DNA from: Vicugna vicugna
Taxonomy: Eukaryota
Reading direction: 5' to 3'
DNA length: 64,000 bases
Assembly (NCBI GenBank): GCA_013265495.1
Contig: MU058687.1
Coordinates: 2,234,001 to 2,298,000 of the forward strand
Each line of letters starts with the position of its first letter. Position 1 is the stretch's first letter. The notes below the pieces were generated by a model. The model was not told the DNA's origin. It was given only the letters and a program-made list of their open reading frames with translations, and ran no database searches. The position numbers were made by a program, and so were the translations under genes. This document shows positions 11,601 through 22,060 of the stretch, piece after piece.

Positions 11601-12797
11601 TATTTCCATTGTCACCGCTTTGTTGTAGCAAGAGGCAAATACACAAAAGAAGACAGCACACAATTCAAGGCGAAGTGGGATGTTGCGGGCGGCTGGAAGA
11701 AGATATAGTGTTGTGGGGGGCTCTGCAGATAGGACCCTGGTGGGCCGGAAGTGGACAGGTAGGACCTCACAATTGCACTGGACCATGAGAATAAATAGAA
11801 ATTAGGTGAGGGAGGGAGGGAAGGCAGTAGAGCTAGGAATGCAGCCAGCAGGGGTAGCTTGCATGCAGGCTGGGTGGGCAGCAGGGTGGGGTCTCTTGGG
11901 GTAAAGAAGTGGAAGAAATTGGGAGGGGGTGCTGAGGGTCTTTGATTTGTTGACTTGGCCCCATGTAAGGTCCCCTGTTATTCCCCTAGCCCTGGTTTGG
12001 TACCTCCCCTTCCTCTAAGAGTGTAGGAGGGCTTCAGGCATGTGTCAGAATGCTGGGTCTGGCAGTTCCCAGGGAGGTGGGGTTCCTGGTCAAGAGATGT
12101 TCTGCATCCTCTGAGAGGGGTGGGTATTTGCTTCAGTGGGACACCTCCTTTCAGACCTGACCATCTAGGGAGGGACTGACTGCCCCTCCCCCTTTCTCCT
12201 CCCAACCCAGTCTTGAGCTGGGTTATCCCCAGCCCACATCTCTGTGGAATGCCCCCTAGAGGGAAGAGCCAGAAGTTTCCCTGGCTCCACCTGGCCCTTG
12301 TGTATAACACCTGTGCCCACGATGGCCATTCTCTGGTCTTCTGGGTACCGGTGGGAGATGATTAATGACCCAGCTGTGCCGATGTGTTTTATTTAGGTCT
12401 ATTCCTGAGAAGACAGATTTTCCTTTCCAGATAAAATGAAGGCAGGCCCTTCCTGGGCTGCGGGTCCCTGCCTACCCCTCCCGATCGCAGTCTGTTAGGG
12501 AACTCTGAAAAGTAAATGAGTTGATAAGCCGGTGGGGGCAGGGATGACGGTACCTTCAGTGGCCCCTGTAAAAGTCACCTTGATGTGCCAGGACTAATGA
12601 CGCTGGAGCAAGCCAGATGGAGGCCAGTGGCACTGAGCCAGGGCAGGAGCTTGCATGCCTATGGCCCGGAGAGGGGCCTGCAAGGTCTCACCTCCCCCTC
12701 CCTGGGTCTTTTTCCTGGTGATGCTCACTCAGCCTTGTCTTATACTGAGGAGTGCAAGAGCTCCTGAACTCTCACCTGCTTCCTCTGTAAAAGGGGA

Positions 12798-13257
12798 TGT
12801 TATGAGTTGAATTGTGTTCCCCAAAATGATGTTGAAGTCCTAACCCTCCATACCTGTGAACATGACCTTTTTTGGAAGTATAGAGTCTTTGCAGATGATC
12901 AAGTTCAGGTGAGATAATTAGTGTGGACCCTAAACCAGTATGACTGTGTCCTTATTAAAAGGGGAAATTCAGACCCTGAAACAGACCATGCGCAGGGTGA
13001 ACTCCATGTGATCACAGAAGCAGAGATTGGGGTGATGCTTCCACAAGCCAAGGGATGCAAATGTTTCCTAGCAAACCACCAGAAACTAGGAAAGAGGCCT
13101 GGAACAGAGTCTCCCTCATTCCCTTGGAAGGAATGGACCCTGCCAACATTTTGTTCTTGGACTTCTAGCTTCCAGGAATGCGGGGCAATAAATTTCTGTG
13201 GTTGTAAACCACCCAGGTTGGGGTACTTTGTTATGGCAGCCCTAGCCAATTAATGCA
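12798..13257 (+). mobile_element. Full-length MLT1C-like solo LTR, nested in a MIR
   Basis: Begins TGTTATGAGTTGAATTGTG and ends AATTAATGCA, with internal AATAAA. 5-bp TSD GGGGA at 12793-12797 and 13258-13262. Confidence 0.9.
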
Positions 13258-13464
13258 GGGGAAAAATAATTCTCCCCATGGGTTTGCATGAAGCTGTCAC
13301 CAAGAGACCCAGGTGAGGCAGTTGGCATGTGATGGGTGCTCACAGAGAGCTGTTAAATCTTTAGTTCAGGAGGCTCATCCTAAGACACAGGGGAGGACTA
13401 GACCAGGGTGGAGGCAGACAGATGGACGCTGGTGGACACACAAAACAAGAGATGCTGCCAAATG

Positions 13465-13763
13465 GTCAGACTCCTTGTTTCTACAGGAAATGTCCAGAAC
13501 AGGCAAGTCCATTCAGACAGAAAGCAAATTCGTGGTTGCCAGGGGCTGTGTGGAGGGAGAAATAGGAGATGGCTGCTAATGGGTCCAGCATTTCCTTTGA
13601 GGGTGAGGAAGATGTTCTGGATCTCGACAGTCGGGGTGGTTGCACAACATTGTGAATGTATTAAATGTCACTGAACTGTACCCTGAAAATGGGTAAAACG
13701 GTGAATTTTCCATCATGTGAATTTTAAATATTAAGAAAACGTATATGCTAACAAAAAAAAAAA
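13465..13763 (+). mobile_element. L1MB-type 3' UTR with A tail
   Basis: aaatgtccagaacaggcaagtccat...gtggttgccagggg...tggttgcacaacattgtgaatgta...A-rich end. Confidence 0.85.
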
Positions 13764-14364
13764 TGTGTCCAGAAAACTCAAGAAGTCCCAGAGTTGAAAT
13801 CACTTCTAAAGGAGGAAAGCGAGCCTTGTAATCTCATTGAATAATCAGTTCAGTGACTGGGGTTTCAGTGATATTTGGTCACTATTTTCCAAAGCCAGGT
13901 TCTGGTCAGCTGCTGAATAGCCAGCTCAGGGTGGGGTCCTGAAGTCTTCCAGGACACTGAGATTCCAGAACACTCGGATATTCAGGGTGGGCAGAGCATC
14001 TCTTGGGAAGAGGGAGTGGGTGGTGGAGGGAGGAGTGAGCATGTTATGAACCTGGCGCTTTGGGTGGTAAGGGGGTCAAGGTCCTCTGGGCCCTCCTGTT
14101 CTTCCCCTCACCTGCCCTTGGGCTCACACACTACACCCCCAAAGTCTCCACACAGTCTTCTCTTCCTGCCCTCTGCCCTCTGGCCAGGCTCTGTAGGCAG
14201 AGCCCTTCTCCAGGTCAAGTACTTGCCCTGCCAGTGCTACCCCCTCTAGCTTTGGGGGAAGAGTGGAAGTGATGTGGCCAAGGTAGGCAGAGGCCACGTC
14301 CAGGATGGGCACAGAGGCATGCATGGGGCTGGTCATGCTCCCAGGAGCACTGATGGGGGATTCT

Positions 14365-14575
14365 CACGTGTCAGATAATGTTCTGAGCATCTCCTTGCAT
14401 TGAGTCATTTTGTCCAAATGACAATCTGAGGAGGTAGACATGTAGAATTTCCACACTGCAAATGGGAAACTGAAGCCCAGGGAAATGACAGGATTTCACC
14501 AGTTTCCCAATACTAAGTGGAAGAGGCAAGCTTCCAACCCTGGGAGTCCGATCCAGAGTCTGTGTTTTAACTGCC
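14365..14575 (-). mobile_element. MIR SINE
   Basis: Antisense core gcaaatgggaaactgaagcccag...ccagagtctgtgttttaact. Confidence 0.7.
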
Positions 14576-15491
14576 AGGGGTCTGTGTCTGTGTGTGCATC
14601 TGCCCAGGGGGCTTGGCTCTTAAAGCTGGAGAGGCTTTACGATGAGAAAATGAGGCCATTAAGAGCCTCCTGAAAGCAAAGGCCTATGGTCTCCCATGAT
14701 GATGCCCAGCATTTCAGGGGAGCCCGTGTGATCAGAGGGATGCCTGCCGGTGATCAGCTGTCCCCCCGGGGCCCTTTAATGGGAGTGGACACAAAGGCTT
14801 AGTTCAGCTGGGAGATTTGAGTCACTGTCAGTGATTCAGAGATCGGCCTGGGGGTGAAAAGCCAAAGTCAAGATCCCACAGGGCTTTCTGAGGAGGTTGC
14901 CTTCTGGGAGGAGTGGCTTGGTTCACCCCATTCACCGAGCACTTACTGCAGGCCAGGCCCGGCACTGGGGGCTGGGGAGGCTCTAGGAGAGGCTGTAGCC
15001 GCAGAGAAAGACTCACATGTGACTTCTGCCAGAAGTCAGGGAGGGGTCAGCGGAAGCCCGGACAGGCACAGCTGGAGAACTTGAAGAGAAAGCAGGTAAG
15101 TCTTTGGTTTGCATCAGAAAAGAAAGGTTTTCCCCTGGGAAGGAGCCTGGCAGGGAATGTGTCCCCAGGTGGCTATATCCCCAATTATCAGCACGGGAAT
15201 GGGGCTAGAGCCCTGCCTCGTGACAGGGTTATCGGCTTTCCTAGTGACCACACTCACTGGGAACCCCGTGAGTGCTCAGGCCTGCTTAGAGGGATGTGCA
15301 CACAGGCCTGGTACATAGAGCACAGTGGGTTTTCAGATAAGACTATGAATAAATGGTGGGTCAGTCAGACCATATCTGCCTAAAGTCCTGCTCCAAATCC
15401 TCCACCTTCCTAGGGGCAGTCTCACAATATGGACATTTCTAGAGAGAATGTCTTAGTCCAAACGAGAGACTCAAATGGTGGGTATCTTAGG

Positions 15492-15645
15492 CATCACTCA
15501 TTCATTCATTCATTCAATCAGTTAGTCAGTCAATCCATATTCAGAAACATCTTTCTATGTGTCAGGTATCATGGTAGCACTGGAGATGCGATGGTGAATA
15601 ATACTAACACATGCCTTTCCCATCTGGGAGCTTGTATTCCAATGA
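15492..15645 (-). mobile_element. L2 3' end
   Basis: (TTCA)n followed by ctatgtgtcaggt...ctggagatgcgatggtgaat. Confidence 0.65.
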
Positions 15646-16779
15646 CAGGCTATTCATGGAAATGTTCGAAGTCCTGCATGTTAAATGGGCTCTGACTTCA
15701 GTAGCCTGGCTAACCCCTAGCCTCTGAGTTTCTGTTAATCTGGAGAGTAAAGGATTCAATCTAACAAGAAGAGAAAATTCCACTTAACTTTTTAGAAAGT
15801 TGCAGATCAGGAGGTTTTAAGGATAATTAAGCACCTATCCCTGATCACACCAGTGAGGGGCTGGGCCCATCCAAGGCCGCTGGGAAAGGGAGAGCCTCAC
15901 CTGACAGTCCGCCTAAATCCATGTGTACAAGTAACCAGATCATCAAGGCCGAGGACCCTTGTGTGATCAAAGCAAGTGGTCTCCAGGTGGCAGGATGGGA
16001 GCCCTGGGGTGAGCAGGAACTCACCTGGTTAGTTGTCAGGCAGTCCACACTTCTGTCATTTCTCCATGACTCTTCCACTTCTGGAAACTTTGCCCGTGAC
16101 TCAGCTTTCAGAGTTGGGCTGGACTGCCCTGGGGAGGCTGCCCCACCTTTCTGGGCAATTATTCTGTCTGGAATGTCACCCCTGCCCTTTTAAAAACCCT
16201 TTACATGCTGAGAACAGTCCCACTGGGCCCTGCCTTACCTGGCACAGGTGACTCCAAGCTCCATCCCAACCCCTCACCTGCATATCCATCCTCTGGAGGA
16301 CCCTCCAGGAGCCTCCTGCATGTCCCCCAAAAAGTCTCTCTGGCCCCTGAGCTAGGAAAGTCTGCCTGCTCCCTCCCCTCCTCCTGATCTGGCAGGAGGC
16401 ATGGAAACTTTCGTGGAAAGCACTTGCGCTGACGAATGCTCCCAAGTCAGGACTTTGACTCCAGCCCTGACCAGGCCAGAGGCTCAGGATCAGGGCCTCT
16501 CCTTCACGGGGTCAGGCCCTCCTGCCCATCCTCCTCCTTGCTCTCTCTGCCTGCCATCACCCCTCGGCTCTCCAGTGACCCCAGGTGACTTCTTCACCAC
16601 TAGAGAAGTAACTGTCTTCCACACTTTCCCTCTTTTTTTGTCCTCCCCCCCATTTCCTCCTGCTCTTTATTGTCTCTTTTGCTTGCCCCCTTTCCAGTGC
16701 GCATCTGTGCGGTCTGCATGGGGCTCGATGGAGTTGAAAGTCTCGAGCTTTTTGCTGTTTTGTTTAAGACCTGGTTATG

Positions 16780-16910
16780 GTTGTGGGATTTTTTTTTTTT
16801 TTTGTCAGCTGCCTGTTATATCAATCACGGAGTCGGGGATCTATTTATAGGTTGGGAGTACTGTGTCCTTAGTCACAAAGAGACACAGACAGGGGACTGT
16901 CAGCTGGTGC
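16780..16910 (+). promoter_or_regulatory. Candidate tissue-specific core promoter (MEIS/E-box, PBX, MEF2/TATA)
   Basis: TGTCAGCTG at 16803-16811 and 16898-16906, ATCAATCA at 16820-16827, perfect MEF2 CTATTTATAG at 16841-16850 doubling as TATA-like TATTTATA, Inr-like TTAGTC about 29 nt downstream. No repeats here. Confidence 0.6.
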
Positions 16911-16997
16911 CGGAGGAGCCGAGCGAGGAGCCATCAGCAACTGGAAACAGCAGAGGGGGAGACCCTTCCCCGCCAGCTCTGTCCCCTCCCCAAGCAT
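16871..16997 (+). other. ESRRB: Candidate first exon ending in a split start codon AT|G; possibly the distal exon 1 of estrogen-related receptor beta
   Basis: Seen: donor CAT|GTGAGT (GT at 16998-16999) about 150 nt after the TATA-like site. Recalled, not verified: an ESRRB isoform starts MLLNRMSS from a distal first exon that contributes only AT. The 5' boundary is approximate and no ESRRB coding exon lies in the window. Confidence 0.45.
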
Positions 16998-19919
16998 GTG
17001 AGTACGGCGCCTTCTCCCTTCCCTCTGCCCCAGACTCTGCCCCGTACCTTCCTGTCCTTTTTCCCACACACCCCGGTTCTCTCTTTCTCCCTCCCTCGCT
17101 CTTTTTACCAGATAAAAATATCTCCCCACGCCTGCTCTTTCATCCTGGTTTTCGGCACCGTCGAGCATCTCTGGGTGGCCCAGAGGAAATGTTGCCTTTT
17201 ACAGACTGTCATGGGAAGGTCAGAGGGACCAGGAGTGGCTGGGCGGGATGGTTACACAAACTCATTGAGAATCAGTAGGTTCCCTTTTATTTTTATTTGT
17301 TTTCGCTGAGAAAAAGTAAGTAAATCAAAAGGGCAAGGGAAAGTTTACATGCGACTCAGCGGGGCGGTTATGTCTCCCAGCATGAAAACTTTTATTTGCT
17401 GGCAGCTCCAGCACTGGGTGAGCTGGGAAGGTTACGGAGGGAAGACCCAGTTCACGCAGGACAGGTGATGATGGAGGGCTCTCGTCAGGTTTGGGCTCAG
17501 CCCCGGAGCTTCCAGGTTCAGGGCGAAATCATGACAGTGCCAATGGCCAGCTTTTCTATAGTGCTTCAAAGGAAAATGACTTTTTTTTTTCCTGCACGGA
17601 GTGAGTTGGCTTTGAGAAGTCAGGATGAGAGCTGACAGTTTGTCTTGCCTTCCAGGCTTTCATTGGCTCGCTTATTTGGTGTGTTTTATTCATCCTGAAA
17701 GGGGAACTTGGGTGGGGGCTGGGGGAACAAGAGCGTCTGAAAGGACAGAAGCCAGATGTGCCGTTGAGCCATCGCTCAGCACCCTTCCCGAAGGAAGAAA
17801 CTGAATAGCAGGATCCTCTTTAAAGCCCTGCGTTCAGACAATCAGAGTGCGGGATCCATGAGCAACTCCAGTGGCTCCCAGAGAGGGCGGTCCCCAGGCG
17901 TCCGCTGGTCCACACGGCCAACATGCCACTGGCCTCCCAAGGAACATATGGGAGTTTAGTTTCTGGAAAATGCTTAGTGTTAACTAAAAATGCTGCACTT
18001 GGAGAGATTTGCCAAATATTATTTATGAAGGAGTAGTAGCCCAAGTTAAAAAAAAATGTGTTGACGCTTAATATATACTATACACAACGTTTAAAAGGCA
18101 TTTTTCTTTTTACCAGTCAAATAATGCCTGGGTTTCCATTTACCAATACAGTGCTTCCATATACTATATTGCTAAGGATTACTTCTTCATTTGTTTGGGA
18201 AAACAATATTCTGACAAATCAATCTTTCCAACAATTTCAAAACATGAAACAAAACAGGTATGTCTGGATTGTTTTGGATTTAAAAACAAAATTGTTTTAG
18301 TAGAAAATAACTACTTGATGAAAGTTAAATATGGACACACACGTATGTTTAGAGTGGCAATTTAATCTCATTTTCATTTTGACCTTTATGGAACTTTCAC
18401 TTTCCTTCTCTTGGTGCTTTATTTTTACCAGTATTTATTTGAGGTAATTAACATCTTTAATTCATTCATTTGTTATTGTGGAGGACAGACTAGGGATCGG
18501 GAAGGAACAAAAAATTAGAAAGCAAATGTCACATGTTCAGGTAGTAAATTGACTTTCATTGGTGGAAAAATTCAGAATAAGGAGTTTGGTGGAAAATGGG
18601 GGGAAATGTCACCATTTAAAACCTAATAGGGAAAGAAAAGCCCAAGAAATAGAGGAAAAAAAATAAACAGGAGTTGAACATATTATACATTATTATAATA
18701 ATAGCATTATTATTTTCTCTGTTCCAAGGCCTCTGTTTTGATACACGTATCCTGCTAAGGTTTCCCACAACAATGCTGAAGTGGGATTTGGAGGGTGATT
18801 GTTAATTAAAGCTCAAAGTGAATCAAGTGATTGAGACATTGCATTCAGAAATCTCAGCAGTCAGCTGTTTGCAAAATTGAACTTCTAGGACTTTCTGATC
18901 TCGATGGCCTTTTAGGATCAGTGTGACTTTTTTTTAAGCTTTTCATACAAGAGCAAACCATTCCTTCCCCTCCTAAACATGCACACTGGAGCCTGCCGGC
19001 CAATGATGAAATGCAGTGGGCGAGCGCTCCCCTTTCTGAACAAGTACTATGTTCTCATTAACGTTAACAGTTGAGAGAGGAAAATACTTGGTGGAACTTT
19101 GGACAAAAACTGCCCCTCCCTTTGGCTACCTGTGAATGCTTTTAGGTGGGGTGGGGGCTTGTTTGGCAGTGTGATAGAAGGCCTGGCTTTCATCCTGAAG
19201 TTCAGAGTGTAGTTTTTCTCCTTTGGGTTTATTTATAGAGATGCGGTTGGGGAAACTTCAATGTGTTTGCATAAGGCAGCCTCTGATTACTTCGTTTCTG
19301 CTTCAATAACGATTAATTTTATGTGGACCAAGCTCCCGTCAAACTCATTTTTTTCCCAAACGGATTTCTTAAATGCAATTGGTCACGGGGCTGCCTGTGA
19401 CTTCAAGTCTGTAAAATCTAACCCATTCCATCCTCATCATTGTTTGTTTCTTGGATGTAAATTCGCGGTTGCCTGTATGCATGCTGCTGTTTTATGTGTC
19501 CCCCACCCTCCCTCGAGCGCGTGGAAACCCAGCCCCGACCTCCTCCCTCCCAAAGTGGGGCCAGTGGGGCCAGTGAGCAGGTGCTTTGGAATACGGGCGG
19601 GCTCAGGTGCAGGAACATCAATCTCGAGGAAGAAGGAATCGCAAGTACCTGGAAAGCGCTCCCCTCATTCAAACCATTTCCCATAGCTGAGGTCTCTCCA
19701 AATACCCCACAAGTGAAAAATGGCAGCTGGCAGAATTTTTCAACCAAAGACTGTGCACAGCTCTTTCTCCCCATCACTTCACTTCTACAGTGTGTCTGTC
19801 CATCTTTCTCTTATCTCTATTTTTACATTTCATTATCCTCCCACGCGTTCTCTCTCTCTCCCTCCTCCCTTTCCTCCCCCTTCTCGCCTTCCCTGAAAAA
19901 CACATTTCTATCTGGCACA

Positions 19920-20110
19920 GAAAATAAACTCAGATTGCGGGTAGTTATGTTAATCTAATTCAATCCTCAGCGGGTTAAGAGTGAAATTCTAATAGTGGAG
20001 CTGTTGAGGGCTTTTTTGTTAATGGCTTGGGGATTACATTGAGTTAAAGGCTCATTTCCTAATCAAACAGAGAGGGAGAGAGTGACTCCGAATATTTATG
20101 AGTCTCCCAG
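19920..20110. promoter_or_regulatory. Candidate homeodomain (OTX/CRX-type) enhancer
   Basis: TAATCT at 19951, GGGTTA at 19972, TAATGG at 20020, GGATTA at 20031 and TAATCA at 20060, in non-repeat DNA. Confidence 0.4.
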
Positions 20111-21439
20111 TGAGAGTTTAAACATTCAACTCCAAAAGCAGGGTTTCTGCAGGAGGAAAGAGTTAAAACCCCTCAGGGCTGCTGGGGAAAAAAAAAATTA
20201 AACCAGTTAAGCCATCAGCATTTTCAGGCTGCTGTACAACTTGGGCCAAGTGGAAGGTGGAGGAGAGAGAGGGGAACCGTTTCACAAAGCGAAGATGGAA
20301 ACTGTGGCAGAAGCTCTGAAACCAGTCAGCTGATGTGTTCAGACAAAAAATCCCAGGGTTCACGGAAGGCCTGGAGGGGCTGGAGGGGCTGGTGCCTTCA
20401 ACTCCCCCAAATCAGTTCACCTCCTCCAGTCCTGAGGTGAGAACGTGGAGACAGGAGAATGGCTCAATTTACCAGCAGCTGGAGAGATCCCCCAGCGGCC
20501 TGGCGGAGCTGGCAGAGAGGGGTCTTCCCGAATTCCATCCTGCCTCTGAAATGCTGGCTTCCCCTTCAAGAGTAAATTCACATCCCCGCCGGCCCCTCTC
20601 TCCTCCTTTGCTCTGTGATTGGCCTGGGTCCCCGGCCCCTCGGCTCTGCTCTCTGCACACCAGGACCACAAAACCCATCTGGTTCGCTGCGCCCGGGAGA
20701 AAGCGGGTGGAGAACTCCAATCTCCAGCCAGAGAAGGCAGGGAGCAACCTGGCCAAGGTCAAGCAAAGTCAAGGCAAAGCCGAGGTCAGGAGTCTGAGTT
20801 CCCTCCCCTCATTTTCTAGGGTACATGGAGGAGAGGGGCCAGTCAGAGCCACTGGGCTGGGAAGACGTTCCCCGAGCTCCCCTAGAGTGCAGTTTCCTTC
20901 TTCAGCTTCAGAAAAAAATGGGCAAGAATCCCTGATACAGGAAGATTCTGAATGCTGTGTAGACACTGGGCCTTTTAATGCCACCAGCCAAGTGAGCAGT
21001 CTCTAGTCCTCTCGCCTGGGCATTTTATCCTGCTCCAGGAGGTCAGCAGAGGTTCCAGAAGCCACCTTTCTATCTGCAGGGGCCTCTGGCCTTTTGTTTC
21101 CCTCCAACCGGGGCACTGTCTTTTCTCTTGGTGCTTCATGCCCAGTGGCCTGAGAGTCCCCTTGCATTTGCCCTTCCTTGTGTCAAGATGCCATTTGTAA
21201 CATGTCTAAATCAGCTCTTCTGTGAAGCTGTCCTTACTTGGTTGGCTTCTTCCTCTTCTTGAAGCTCCAGCTGATCATCTCCCTCATTATCTCATTCACC
21301 CCTCTGTGGGAGTGCCCCGTGGGTCCCCTCACTGCACCAAGACCTCCCCAATGGCAGGGGCTACGCATCACGCCCCTTCGTGAGCCCAACTCGTCATCGA
21401 TCACTTCTGCCCTCCCACCCCGACGAGTGCCTCCCGTGG

Positions 21440-21625
21440 ACGGTGCAGAGCTGTGGTTATGAGCACACACTCTGCGTCGGACAGCCAGAGTTCATGTTCT
21501 GGGACCACCTTTTCTCAGCTGCCAGACTTGAGCTACTTACCCTCTTAAGGTCTCGATTTTCTCATCTATTAAATGGGGGTAATTATAGCATCTACCTTAT
21601 CATTGTTGGGGAGATGAAGTGCCTG
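21440..21625 (+). mobile_element. MIR SINE
   Basis: gtggttatgagcacacactctg...ttttctcatctattaaatggggg. Confidence 0.7.
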
Positions 21626-21727
21626 GAAAGTGTTAGCCCTTTTATCTGCTCAGCAGGGAGGAGTCTCTTCTGCACACATCATGTCACATGGCTTAAAACA
21701 GTTCCCTGTGCCTCCCACTAAAGGACT

Positions 21728-22060
21728 CAGTCTTCGTCTGCATCAGCTGCTATGGCAGAATACCATGGACTGTGCGTATCCTCACAGTTCTGGAGGCTGG
21801 TCCAAGACCCGAGTGCCAGCAGGGTTGGGAACCTCCTCCTGGTGGGCAGATGGCTGCCTTCTCACTGTGTCTTCACGTGGAGGAGAGGGTGAGAGCGCTG
21901 GTCCCGCCTCTTCTTAAGAGGACACTAAGCCCATCATGGGGGCTCCACCTTTACAACCTCATCTAAACCTAATTACCTCCCAACGGCCCCACCTCCAAAT
22001 ACCATCACATTGGGGATGAGGACCCCAACATCGGAATCTGGGTGGGGACAAACATTCAGC
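21728..22060 (-). mobile_element. MLT1A-like MaLR LTR
   Basis: ctcacagttctggaggctgg, gcagatggctgccttctcactgtgtc, acctcatctaaacctaattacctccca, ccaaataccatcacattgggg. Confidence 0.85.

Noticed and set aside
16670..17278. 202-aa ORF across the promoter
   Set aside because: It runs through a poly-T tract, the promoter motifs and the splice donor, and has no homology I recognise.
20335..21006. Longest ORF in the track (223 aa, + strand)
   Set aside because: Non-ATG start, Ser/Pro/Arg-rich composition typical of chance GC-rich ORFs, and no recognisable domain.
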